Positions 10,325 to 19,267 of a DNA stretch of 64,000 nt are shown here, one piece after another (the first letter of the stretch is position 1; every line of letters starts with the position of its first letter). The notes beneath the pieces are model-generated. The model was not told where the DNA came from and made no database searches. It worked only from the letters and a program-made list of their open reading frames with translations. Source of the DNA: Oligoflexales bacterium (GTDB lineage: Bacteria > Bdellovibrionota_B > Oligoflexia > Oligoflexales > JAPPIL01). The translations under genes were made by a program, and so were the position numbers. The stretch covers positions 2,048,001 through 2,112,000 of the forward strand of contig OZ244057.1 in the NCBI GenBank assembly GCA_965215515.1, read 5' to 3'.

Positions 10325-11860
10325 ATGACGAAGCGAGATGCATGGCGTGATTGGATGCCGCGTGCCTTTCAGTGGCTGGAAGAGTTACAACTGGAGACCG
10401 TGACTGGTTTAGGGCGCGGGGCGTTGCACATCGTACCGACCACCTGTGCGCAAGGCGAGATGCCGCAGGCGGACACGGCGGCACTGCCCGCCGATTTTGC
10501 GGAGCGTGTAGGTGCGGCGTTGCGTGATGATCGTTGGTGTGGGCAGGGTGGTAGCCACTTGCTGAAGATCGACGAATGTTATTTTTTGCTGCTACCGACC
10601 GCCAAGTTCGATACTTCGGCACCCCAGAAGGGTCGTCAGATAGGGATCGATGCCGCAAAACGGCTGGTGGATTTTAAGTTCACGCAGGTCGTTATCTGTG
10701 CCACAGAGCTCGATCCTTTGACCATCTTCGACGGCTTGGTGATGGGTTTCTACGGCATGAAGTTCAAGCGCACACCGTCTTTCTGCGGTGACGAGGACAG
10801 GGAGGCGGTCACCTTGCCGCAGCAGATACAAATTCTCGGGGAGGTCTCCGCGGCGCAGTTGGCGCGCACTCGTGAATTGGCACGGGCGGTCGTCATTACA
10901 CGCACCTTGCAGGATTCTCCACCCAACTGGCTTACCCCTGAGTGTATGGCGAGTTTCGCGACCAGTGCCGCGGCTGAGTTGGGCATCCCCTGCCGTGTCC
11001 TGGGGCCTGAGCAGCTGCGCGAGCTCGGTATGGGGTCTTACCTCGCGGTGGCTCAGGGCAGCATCAACGAGCCGCGCATGATTGTGCTGGAGGTAGAAGG
11101 CAGAGATCCGACTCGCAAAAAAGTTGCTTTGGTCGGTAAGGGTGTGACCTTCGATTCAGGGGGTATCAGCATCAAACCAGGACATGGGATGGCGGAGATG
11201 AAGTACGACATGTCAGGCGCGGCTGCCGTTTTTGGGGCGATGTGTTTTCTCGCCAAAGAGAGGCCACCTACTTCCGTCGTGGGTTTGATCGGTGCGGTGG
11301 AAAACATGCCTTCTGGCAGTGCTACTCGTCCTGGCGATATTGTGACCGCGATGGACGACACCAGCATCGAGGTGCTCAATACCGATGCGGAGGGTCGACT
11401 GGTGCTGGCTGATGTGCTCTGCTACGCAGTGAAAAATTATCAGCCACAGTTAATCATCGACATCGCCACCCTAACGGGCGGAGTTCTCTACGCTCTCGGT
11501 CAGAACGGTGCGGCTTTGATGAGCAACGACCGTAAATCCGCCGAGCGTGTTCTCAAGGCATCGTCGGCGGCAGGCGAGCCGCTGTGGCAGTTACCGCTCT
11601 GGCCTGAGCTGAAGAAGGAGGTGAAAGGCACGTACGCCGATCTGCAAAACATCACCGCTCCCAATGTCAAGGCGGGCACGATTACCGCGGCATGGTTTCT
11701 GGAGCGCTTTGTCTCCTCCACTCCGTGGGTGCATCTCGACGTGGCGGGCACGGCTTGGGACTGCAAGGCGACGGGCTACCCGCAAAAAGGCAGCTGTGCC
11801 TTTGGTCTACGCACGATGGCAGAAGTCTGCCACGGTATGACGGGAGACGACCGACTCTAG
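10325..11860 (+). CDS. pepA: M17 leucyl aminopeptidase
   Basis: VGKGVTFDSGGISIKP, MKYDMSGAA, NTDAEGRLVLAD, DIATLTG, HLDVAG. Confidence 0.93.
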   Translation: MTKRDAWRDWMPRAFQWLEELQLETVTGLGRGALHIVPTTCAQGEMPQADTAALPADFAERVGAALRDDRWCGQGGSHLLKIDECYFLLLPTAKFDTSAPQKGRQIGIDAAKRLVDFKFTQVVICATELDPLTIFDGLVMGFYGMKFKRTPSFCGDEDREAVTLPQQIQILGEVSAAQLARTRELARAVVITRTLQDSPPNWLTPECMASFATSAAAELGIPCRVLGPEQLRELGMGSYLAVAQGSINEPRMIVLEVEGRDPTRKKVALVGKGVTFDSGGISIKPGHGMAEMKYDMSGAAAVFGAMCFLAKERPPTSVVGLIGAVENMPSGSATRPGDIVTAMDDTSIEVLNTDAEGRLVLADVLCYAVKNYQPQLIIDIATLTGGVLYALGQNGAALMSNDRKSAERVLKASSAAGEPLWQLPLWPELKKEVKGTYADLQNITAPNVKAGTITAAWFLERFVSSTPWVHLDVAGTAWDCKATGYPQKGSCAFGLRTMAEVCHGMTGDDRL

Positions 11861-12051
11861 TCGGCGCTGCGCTGGTTTTTTATTTTGGCGGTGACTAGCG
11901 AGATCAGCTGCGAGGATACGGAGATCACGTCTCTGTTGCTACAACCCTCGTTGCACAACTGCTCGTAGATCGAGCAGGCAAGCACCTTGGCTGCTCTCTC
12001 GCTCACAGTCCCTGCGGGATGCGTCTCCCGCGCGATGCTCCTTTGGCTCAA
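11857..12051 (-). CDS. Small helical hypothetical protein
   Basis: 64-aa ORF with amphipathic helices (AKVLACSIYEQL...RDVISVSSQLISLVT), stop overlapping pepA stop; TTG start uncertain. Confidence 0.55.
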   Translation of the reverse strand: MSQRSIARETHPAGTVSERAAKVLACSIYEQLCNEGCSNRDVISVSSQLISLVTAKIKNQRSAD

Positions 12052-12333
12052 GTTTAATCCACCCGTCCGCTCTGGTCTTGCTGCATAAGTCGGAGGGGTG
12101 TCAGGAGCGCGCCACTGTCCCCTCTATTGCAATGCTGTAAGTCCTTGTTGTGCTCAAACATTCGGCTGGGCTTGGCCAGCCAACCACTGCCAGGGTAGCA
12201 TATTTCGGGCTTGCAGTTCAACTTTTGCAAAAAACAATCCCCCCAAACAGTGAGCCAATACTTACCATAACCATTTAAAGAGCTAGTTAAAGATGAAGAG
12301 TTACTCATATCGTTGCTTACTCTCACAGTACAA

Positions 12334-12377
12334 TTTTCTTCAGTTTTGCCTCAATTATTTTACAAAACTGAAGAAAA
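12334..12377. terminator. 15-bp inverted repeat, probable terminator downstream of ansA
   Basis: TTTTCTTCAGTTTTG ... CAAAACTGAAGAAAA, ~36 bp past the ansA stop. Confidence 0.45.
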
Positions 12378-12413
12378 AGGAAGGTAGCTGTCCGACAAAA
12401 AATTTTAGTGTGT

Positions 12414-13412
12414 TTATGTTTTGCTCAGTTCACCCGCCAATGAGGTGGTGAACAGTCGCTCAATCGTAGTGCGTTTGTGGTGTGTGCCTTGCAATAACAT
12501 CATTTTGACGAGGCTGGTCTCGATGGTCATGTCGTAGCAGGAGATTGCCCCCCGTGCTTGTGCTTCACGCCCTCCTTCGTAGAGCGATAGGTCGACACAG
12601 CCGCGGGGGGATTGTGTAGCGATGGCAATGGTAAGACCGCTTTTGCTGTGTGCCTCCAACCATCGCAGCATGCGTGGGTAGAGGGGGATGTTGCCTGCCC
12701 CAAAGCCTTGTAAGATCATAGCCTTGCAGTTTACGGGAGGCAGAATGTCGAAGAGTGTCTCGTCAAAACCAGGATGTAGCTTGAGGCATAGCACTTTTGT
12801 TTCAAAACGTGGGTTAGGAAAAAAGTTTGTGCGCTCGCGCTGCATGTGCCTGTGAGCGAGCGACACGTGTAAACCGAGTTGTCCGAGAGCTGGATAATTG
12901 GGAGAATGAAAAGCGCTGTAGCGATCGTTGCTGATTTTTTGCACACGATTGCCCCGCCAGAGAGTGTTGTTGAATAGCACTGCGGTCTCTGGAATGTTTC
13001 TCGTGGCTAGTTCCACTGCATCGATAATATTGGTGCGAGCATCGGTGCGCAGCACACGCAAAGGGCGTTGTGCCCCTGTAAGAATTATCGGTAACGTCAT
13101 GTCTGCCAACAAAAAAGATAGTGCCGCCGCAGTATAAGCGATGGTATCAGTGCCGTGCAAAATTACCAGGCCATCACAGTCGTTCTGTGCGAGACGTGCA
13201 ATCCGTGCCAGTTGTAGCCAATGTACAGGTTGGATGCTGCTGCTGTCGAGGTTAAACGGCACTTGCAGCGCAACCTCAGCAACATCGGCCAGCTCAGGCA
13301 ACGAACGCAGCAGCGTCTCGGGGTCTTGCAGCGGACGCAGCACCCCGTCCTTGTTCCGCACCATACCGATCGTGCCACCCGTGTGAATGATAGTGACTCT
13401 CTTCTTGCTCAC
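12414..13412 (-). CDS. ansA: L-asparaginase type I
   Basis: IHTGGTIGM, DSSSIQP, HGTDTIAYTA, LTGAQRP, GFGAGN. Confidence 0.92.
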   Translation of the reverse strand: MSKKRVTIIHTGGTIGMVRNKDGVLRPLQDPETLLRSLPELADVAEVALQVPFNLDSSSIQPVHWLQLARIARLAQNDCDGLVILHGTDTIAYTAAALSFLLADMTLPIILTGAQRPLRVLRTDARTNIIDAVELATRNIPETAVLFNNTLWRGNRVQKISNDRYSAFHSPNYPALGQLGLHVSLAHRHMQRERTNFFPNPRFETKVLCLKLHPGFDETLFDILPPVNCKAMILQGFGAGNIPLYPRMLRWLEAHSKSGLTIAIATQSPRGCVDLSLYEGGREAQARGAISCYDMTIETSLVKMMLLQGTHHKRTTIERLFTTSLAGELSKT

Positions 13413-13518
13413 AGTTCGTCCAGGAAATACAGCTATGAGTGGGTTGCTAGCACAAATTGTCGAAAACGAGCAATAGCTGAAATGCTGTTGCCCTCGTTGT
13501 ACATCTGCCTTTAGAAGA

Positions 13519-13550
13519 GGGATAAGTTGCCTGATCAGGCAACTTATCCC
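13519..13550. repeat. Perfect 32-bp palindrome (terminator or binding site)
   Basis: GGGATAAGTTGCCTGA|TCAGGCAACTTATCCC. Confidence 0.7.
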
Positions 13551-13619
13551 TACTCATCTTACCTGCCAACTCTAGGAGGAAGCATATCCTATCGAATCTC
13601 TCTGGCTATCTTCCTTTCT

Positions 13620-14519
13620 TCACTGTCCATAGTCCATATAATCAGGCACGACGCTTCTTTTACCTATTATACCTTCAGTTAAATTTGATGGTATAAGCCA
13701 CATAACATGATCATCATCTCGAATCTCTCTGGCTATCTTCCTTTCTATATCGTCCATATGTTCAAGCACGCTTCTTTTACCTTTACCTTCAGTTAAATTT
13801 GATAATATAAACCGAATAACAGAATCATCATGAAGATAACTACCAGTACTTAATAATTTACCAGATTTAGATAGCTCATCATGTGCTTCGTTTTTAAGTT
13901 TAAGCAGCAGATCCATCTCGAGCTTATGTTGAGACGCTTCACTCTTCAGTGACTCAAGCGGGTTAGTGCCCCAAAATCCATACCGCTCGAGCGCGATAGG
14001 GTCATCTATATGGGCATCAACAGCAAGAAAGTTTGCATCTGTAGCCGCTTGAGCTGCTTTTTTCTCCACCAACTTAACCGTTTTGACATCCCCACTAAGA
14101 TATGCTGCCAACTGAACGTGTTTGAAATCTTCTGGAGCACCTAAACCCTCAGTCAGCAACCCCTTCAGTGCAAGAGTATCGCCACCTGCCGCTGCGTTTA
14201 CTGCTTTAATGGTGTTACTACTACACGCGGCAGGATCAGCAAGACAATCTCTCACGGTAGCCCTACTAACATCTACAGAAACATACTTCCCATACCCCCA
14301 AGGTAATCTTTCACCCGAAAGCCTGACAACATCTGCAATAGCCTGCATGCTTCCGAAGCCAGTAAAACCGCGAGGATTTACCTCCTTTGCAGTCAGTATT
14401 CCTAGAGTCTTGGCGGAACTGCGCACCTGCTTGACTACTGATGCTATGACACGCGGTGACATACTGAACACATTGCTGGACATACCTAGACACATCATTA
14501 AAAACAACAACTTCTTCAT
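13620..14519 (-). CDS. Hypothetical exported protein with C-terminal repeats
   Basis: SD AGGAG, signal-like MKKLLFLMMCLGMSSNVFS; SNLTEG..KRSV repeated; locally AT-rich. Confidence 0.6.
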   Translation of the reverse strand: MKKLLFLMMCLGMSSNVFSMSPRVIASVVKQVRSSAKTLGILTAKEVNPRGFTGFGSMQAIADVVRLSGERLPWGYGKYVSVDVSRATVRDCLADPAACSSNTIKAVNAAAGGDTLALKGLLTEGLGAPEDFKHVQLAAYLSGDVKTVKLVEKKAAQAATDANFLAVDAHIDDPIALERYGFWGTNPLESLKSEASQHKLEMDLLLKLKNEAHDELSKSGKLLSTGSYLHDDSVIRFILSNLTEGKGKRSVLEHMDDIERKIAREIRDDDHVMWLIPSNLTEGIIGKRSVVPDYMDYGQ

Positions 14520-14714
14520 TGTAGTTCTCCTAAAATGATTAATGAAAACAATAACGGAGTAATTGTAAAAAAAAAACGTTCTTGTCAATGAAAATTTGGA
14601 AAATTATTCTTTTACTTATCGCGGCTGCCTGAGTGAGGTAGTCCGCGAGTGCATTTGTTAGCCAAGTACACCAGCCTCGTGTTAAAATATCGAACACAGC
14701 ATGACAGGGTGAAC

Positions 14715-15857
14715 ATGACTGGGCGACGAAGACGCACAGAGAGGAAAAGACAGCGCCACAAGGCTGCCAAAGCCCGTCACTCCCACCCTCATGACAGCGT
14801 CTTCAAGACAATCTTCAAGCGTCCCGAACACTGCCGTGCCTTGCTACAGGTCTTGCTTTCCCCTAGCTTCTACGCCATCTTCAATTGGCCCGCGCTGCAG
14901 ATCACCGAAAGCACCGCAGCGGGAAGGAAGGGACAGGAACGCAGAGCTGACATCGTACTGGAAGTGCCGTTGTGGCCTTCCAAAGCCCGTGTCATCATCA
15001 CTATCATCTTGGAGCACAAGAGTTACCGTGACAACGACACCATCCTGCAGATGCTGGGCTATTACAACGAGATCGCCCAACAGACGGGCGGCATCATCCT
15101 CCCCATCATCGTCACCTGTGGCAAGGACAAGAGAGCAGTTATCCCCTCCGATTACCTTAGTTGGGCACTGCAAAAGCAGGGTGCACCCGAAGAGTTGAGG
15201 CGGCAACTGAAGAAAATTGCCAATTTTGCTTGTCCTTTAGTGAACTTACACGATTTATCCTACCGTCGCATGCGCCGCGGAGGCGAGGTGGTGAGCTTGG
15301 CGTTGTTCGGCATACGTAACTACTGGGATATGGACGAAGAGGTAGTGGTCAAGATTCTCAAGAAGGCACGCCTGTTGCCACAACAGGAGCGAGAGTTTAT
15401 GCTCAATGTGTTAATGGACTACTACGAATGTGCCGATAAGGGGTACGACGTGAGGGGGTTTGCGGAGATTGAACGTAAGCGTTTTCCACACCTGAAGGAG
15501 GAAGAAAGACTGATGCCAGAGATGGAATTTGGCCTTGATAGAGCGAGACAAGAGGGCATACGGCAGGGTATGCGCAAAGGCAAGCGGCAAGGTATCGAGC
15601 AGGGTATCGAGCAGGGTATCGAGCAAGGTATCGAGCAAGGTATCGAGCAGGGTATCGAGCAGGGTATCGAGCAGGGTATCGAGCAGGGTATCGAGCAGGG
15701 TATCGAGCAGGGTATGCGCAAGGGCGTAGAGCAAAAACAGCGGGATGTCGTCGCGCGGATGTTGGCGAGAGGTATGCCTGACAAGCAGATCTGTGACGTT
15801 ACACAGATTAGCACAAAAGAGCTAGCTGACATTAAGCGTGAGCTGCAAAAAAGCTGA
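14715..15857 (+). CDS. Rpn/YhgA-family PD-(D/E)XK nuclease (copy 1)
   Basis: [25 protein letters not shown] motifs; (GIEQ)x10 tail then [20 protein letters not shown]-like end. Confidence 0.88.
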   Translation: MTGRRRRTERKRQRHKAAKARHSHPHDSVFKTIFKRPEHCRALLQVLLSPSFYAIFNWPALQITESTAAGRKGQERRADIVLEVPLWPSKARVIITIILEHKSYRDNDTILQMLGYYNEIAQQTGGIILPIIVTCGKDKRAVIPSDYLSWALQKQGAPEELRRQLKKIANFACPLVNLHDLSYRRMRRGGEVVSLALFGIRNYWDMDEEVVVKILKKARLLPQQEREFMLNVLMDYYECADKGYDVRGFAEIERKRFPHLKEEERLMPEMEFGLDRARQEGIRQGMRKGKRQGIEQGIEQGIEQGIEQGIEQGIEQGIEQGIEQGIEQGIEQGMRKGVEQKQRDVVARMLARGMPDKQICDVTQISTKELADIKRELQKS

Positions 15858-15949
15858 TCGTCAGGTGGCTCACAAATTTGCCCATGCATTTGTTAGCCAA
15901 GTACACCAGCCTCGTGTTAAAATATCGAACACAGCATGACAAGGTGAAC

Positions 15950-17068
15950 ATGACTGGGCGACGAAGACGCACAGAGAGGAAGAGACAGCGCCGCAAGGCT
16001 GCCAAAGCCCGTCACTCCCACCCTCATGACAGCGTCTTCAAGACAATCTTCAAGCGTCCCGAACACTGCCGTGCCTTGCTACAGGTCTTGCTTTCCCCTA
16101 GCTTCTACACCATCTTCAATTGGCCCGCGCTGCAGATCACCGAAAGCACCGCAGCGGGAAGGAAGGGACAGGAACGCAGAGCTGACATCGTACTGGAAGT
16201 GCCGTTGTGGCCTTCCAAAGCCCGTGTCATCATCACTATCATCTTGGAGCACAAGAGTTACCGTGACAACGACACCATCCTGCAGATGCTGGGCTATTAC
16301 AACGAGATCGCCCAACAGACAGGCGGCATCATCCTCCCCATCATCGTCACCTGTGGCAAGGACAAGAGAGCAGTTATCCCCTCCGATTACCTTAGTTGGG
16401 CACTGCAAAAGCAGGGTGCACCCGAAGAGTTGAGGCGGCAACTGAAGAAAATTGCCAATTTTGCTTGTCCTTTAGTGAACTTACACGATTTATCCTACCG
16501 TCGCATGCGCCGCGGAGGCGAGGTGGTGAGCTTGGCGTTGTTCGGCATACGTAACTACTGGGATATGGACGAAGAGGTAGTGGTCAAGATTCTCAAGAAG
16601 GCACGCCTGTTGCCACAACAGGAGCGAGAGTTTATGCTCAATGTGTTAATGGACTACTACGAATGTGCCGATAAGGGGTACGACGTGAGGGGGTTTGCGG
16701 AGATTGAACGTAAGCGTTTTCCACACCTGAAGGAGGAAGAAAGACTGATGCCAGAGATGGAATTTGGCCTTGATAGAGCGAGACAAGAGGGCATACGGCA
16801 GGGTATGCGCAAAGGCAAGCGGCAAGGTATCGAGCAGGGTATCGAGCAGGGTATCGAGCAAGGTATCGAGCAAGGTATCGAGCAAGGTATCGAGCAAGGT
16901 ATCGAGCAGGGTATCGAGCAGGGTGTGCGCAAGGGCGTAGAACAAAAGCAGCGGGATGTCGTCGCACGGATGTTGGCGAGAGGTATGCCTGACAAGCAGA
17001 TCTGTGACGTTACACAGGTTAGCACAAAAGAGCTAGCTGACATTAAGCATGAGCTGCAAAAAAGCTGA
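15950..17068 (+). CDS. Rpn/YhgA-family PD-(D/E)XK nuclease (copy 2)
   Basis: Same motifs as copy 1; (GIEQ)x8. Confidence 0.88.
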   Translation: MTGRRRRTERKRQRRKAAKARHSHPHDSVFKTIFKRPEHCRALLQVLLSPSFYTIFNWPALQITESTAAGRKGQERRADIVLEVPLWPSKARVIITIILEHKSYRDNDTILQMLGYYNEIAQQTGGIILPIIVTCGKDKRAVIPSDYLSWALQKQGAPEELRRQLKKIANFACPLVNLHDLSYRRMRRGGEVVSLALFGIRNYWDMDEEVVVKILKKARLLPQQEREFMLNVLMDYYECADKGYDVRGFAEIERKRFPHLKEEERLMPEMEFGLDRARQEGIRQGMRKGKRQGIEQGIEQGIEQGIEQGIEQGIEQGIEQGIEQGVRKGVEQKQRDVVARMLARGMPDKQICDVTQVSTKELADIKHELQKS

Positions 17069-17185
17069 TCGTCAGGTGGCTCACAAATTTGCCCATCAAG
17101 TATGGTACACAGTGACTACTTGGTGATGTTCCAGAGTAAGGAGTTAGCGATATTGCCGAACACATACCGCGTAAGTACCCAGTAA

Positions 17186-17599
17186 GTGATGGCAGGCACT
17201 TCAAGTAAAGCACTTGATGCTGCTAAGATGGCACTGGATTGGGAGGATACATCTCTCATGGCTGGTGTAAATGCATTTATTTCTGGAGGGAAGAAGGTAG
17301 ATACAGAAAAAGAAGCACTGAAAGGAGCAGAAATGTTTAAAAATTTTTTTGCGCATGAGAAGAAGAAGATATTAGGTATTAAGACCGCTGCATCAGGAGC
17401 GGGAGCGGCGGCTGTGATAGCACTTACTCAGGCTGTTTGGGGCCAGGGTGAGAAGGAATTGGGCAGTAGCTGGAATCAGATTTTTAGTACCAGCGGCGAG
17501 TTTGCCGATGCCACCTCTGTCAGTGATCTGCCCGCCATCGTGCACAGCCTTGCCGAAACATTCGGTCATAAAGTAAACACGGCTGCGCTGTCCCTGTAA
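17186..17599 (+). CDS. Hypothetical protein, possibly a 3' gene fragment
   Basis: 137-aa ORF with protein-like composition but no clear SD; follows the Rpn tandem. Confidence 0.35.
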   Translation: MMAGTSSKALDAAKMALDWEDTSLMAGVNAFISGGKKVDTEKEALKGAEMFKNFFAHEKKKILGIKTAASGAGAAAVIALTQAVWGQGEKELGSSWNQIFSTSGEFADATSVSDLPAIVHSLAETFGHKVNTAALSL

Positions 17600-17650
17600 T
17601 CAGGTGACGCGCCCCCAGTCAATATGTCGCGGGAGTGTTTTTTGATAATA

Positions 17651-18376
17651 CTACAAAGCATAACAGAAAATTTCACGGTTGCCCTTCGTGCCACTGATAC
17701 GACAATCGACGGCGGTAAAATCTTGATAGCCATGTTCTTGGAAAAGATTTTTAACTCGCTGCACAGCATAGCCGCGTAGCTTATCATTACGTACAATACC
17801 GCCGCGCGGCACAAGACGACGAGGTAATTCAAACTGCGGTTTAACAAGCACCAAATACTCCGCACGCGCTAGATTGGTAAACACAGCGGGTAAAACTGTC
17901 GTCAGCGAAACAAAACTCACGTCGGCAACCACAAGGTTATTATGCCGATAATGCTGTCCAGCAAAAGTACGGATATCGGTTTTTTCAAAAACTTTTACCC
18001 GCGGGTCACAGCGCAGACTCCACGCCAGTTGATTCGTGCCAACATCAACCGCAGTCACACCTGCCGCACCGTGTTGCAAACAACAATCAACAAAACCACC
18101 TGTCGAAGCCCCAATATCGAGCACATGCCTATCTTTCACCCGCACCGACAGGTCTCGGAAGGCAAGTTCGAGCTTCTTACCGCCACGACTGACATAACGC
18201 TTGCTTGCCTTGACCCGCAGCGTAGCAGAACGTGACACCCGCAGCGCGGGGCTAGTGACCTTGACCTCCTCGACAAAAACCTGCCCCGCCAGAATCTTAG
18301 CATGCACCAACGCCAACGAGGAAATTACGCCCTGCTCCAACAACAACTGGTCAACTCTTATCCGTTCCACACCCAT
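17651..18376 (-). CDS. tlyA: TlyA family rRNA 2'-O-methyltransferase
   Basis: S4 domain RVDQLL, YVSRGGKKL, LDIGASTGGF.DC, VDVGTNQL, DVSFVSL, LVKPQFE, GTKGNRE. Confidence 0.93.
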   Translation of the reverse strand: MGVERIRVDQLLLEQGVISSLALVHAKILAGQVFVEEVKVTSPALRVSRSATLRVKASKRYVSRGGKKLELAFRDLSVRVKDRHVLDIGASTGGFVDCCLQHGAAGVTAVDVGTNQLAWSLRCDPRVKVFEKTDIRTFAGQHYRHNNLVVADVSFVSLTTVLPAVFTNLARAEYLVLVKPQFELPRRLVPRGGIVRNDKLRGYAVQRVKNLFQEHGYQDFTAVDCRISGTKGNREIFCYAL

Positions 18377-18440
18377 GCCCACCTTTTGACAAACTAAAGT
18401 GATCTCGTCAACTGCCGAATGACAGGCGGAGGGATACACC

Positions 18441-19196
18441 GTGAGTAGACAGATTGCTATCTTGAACATTGACGGGCGTGACGTGGCACAACGCCTCGAC
18501 TTGCAAGGTTTTCGTGAGATGGGCTTTCGAGCTGAAGCACTGCACAGCTACGTAGAGGCACAGACATTACTACATGTCGCTGACAAGAAAGAAGCTATTG
18601 AAATTATTGCGGATTTAGTGATGAAAGAGAACATCGATCTCATTATCATCAACCTCGACACCGACGTGGTCGATGCTTTCCACCTCCTACATCACTTTCG
18701 CCGCCATGCCGCGACCGCAAACATACTGCTGGTCGCTACCAGCGTACAGACCGAAGGCATGCCAGAAAACAGAGTGCTAGAAGCTGGAGCTGACCTGTTT
18801 GTACGGCAGCCATTGCCACGCAAAAACTTCGTAAAAAAAATCAGAGCACTGCTCAAACAACAATCACGAGCAGATGAACGGGTAAAAATTGCAGGTCGCA
18901 CCGAATTTGTGTGGGAAAATACCCGCTACCAATGTGGTATCGCCAATATCTCCCGCAGCGGAGTCCTACTGGCAACAAGGATTAATTTTGAAAAAGGTAC
19001 AGTCGTCAGACTGAATATTTTTCTCGCCAAATCTCGTCAACCACTGGTCATTGAAGGCGAATTCGTGCGCGTGGCAACGCAAAAAGATAAAGGTATCGGG
19101 GTGAAATTTATCGCACTCTCCGAACAGCAAGCCACTGCTCTCGACCACTTTATCGCCCAACACTCCGACGAGGCACTGGAGATGATCTACTACTGA
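18441..19196 (+). CDS. Atypical receiver domain plus PilZ domain protein
   Basis: Receiver-like N-half (LEAGADLFV); PilZ motifs RADER and NISRSG, GIGVKF. Confidence 0.75.
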   Translation: MSRQIAILNIDGRDVAQRLDLQGFREMGFRAEALHSYVEAQTLLHVADKKEAIEIIADLVMKENIDLIIINLDTDVVDAFHLLHHFRRHAATANILLVATSVQTEGMPENRVLEAGADLFVRQPLPRKNFVKKIRALLKQQSRADERVKIAGRTEFVWENTRYQCGIANISRSGVLLATRINFEKGTVVRLNIFLAKSRQPLVIEGEFVRVATQKDKGIGVKFIALSEQQATALDHFIAQHSDEALEMIYY

Positions 19197-19267
19197 CCCC
19201 ACAACGACACCATGCCGCGCCAAGAAACTTATCGCCAACGTCTCCCTGCTCACACCGACTAAAAACA

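Larger units (their letters stand above)
14651..17096 (+). repeat. Head-to-tail tandem duplication (14651-15885 and 15886-17096) of an Rpn gene unit
   Basis: Near-identical 1235-bp and 1211-bp units; length difference equals two 12-bp repeats. Confidence 0.95.

Noticed and set aside
15411..17043. Minus-strand LLDT/IPCS/ARYL repeat ORFs
   Set aside because: Antisense shadows of the 12-bp GIEQ repeat
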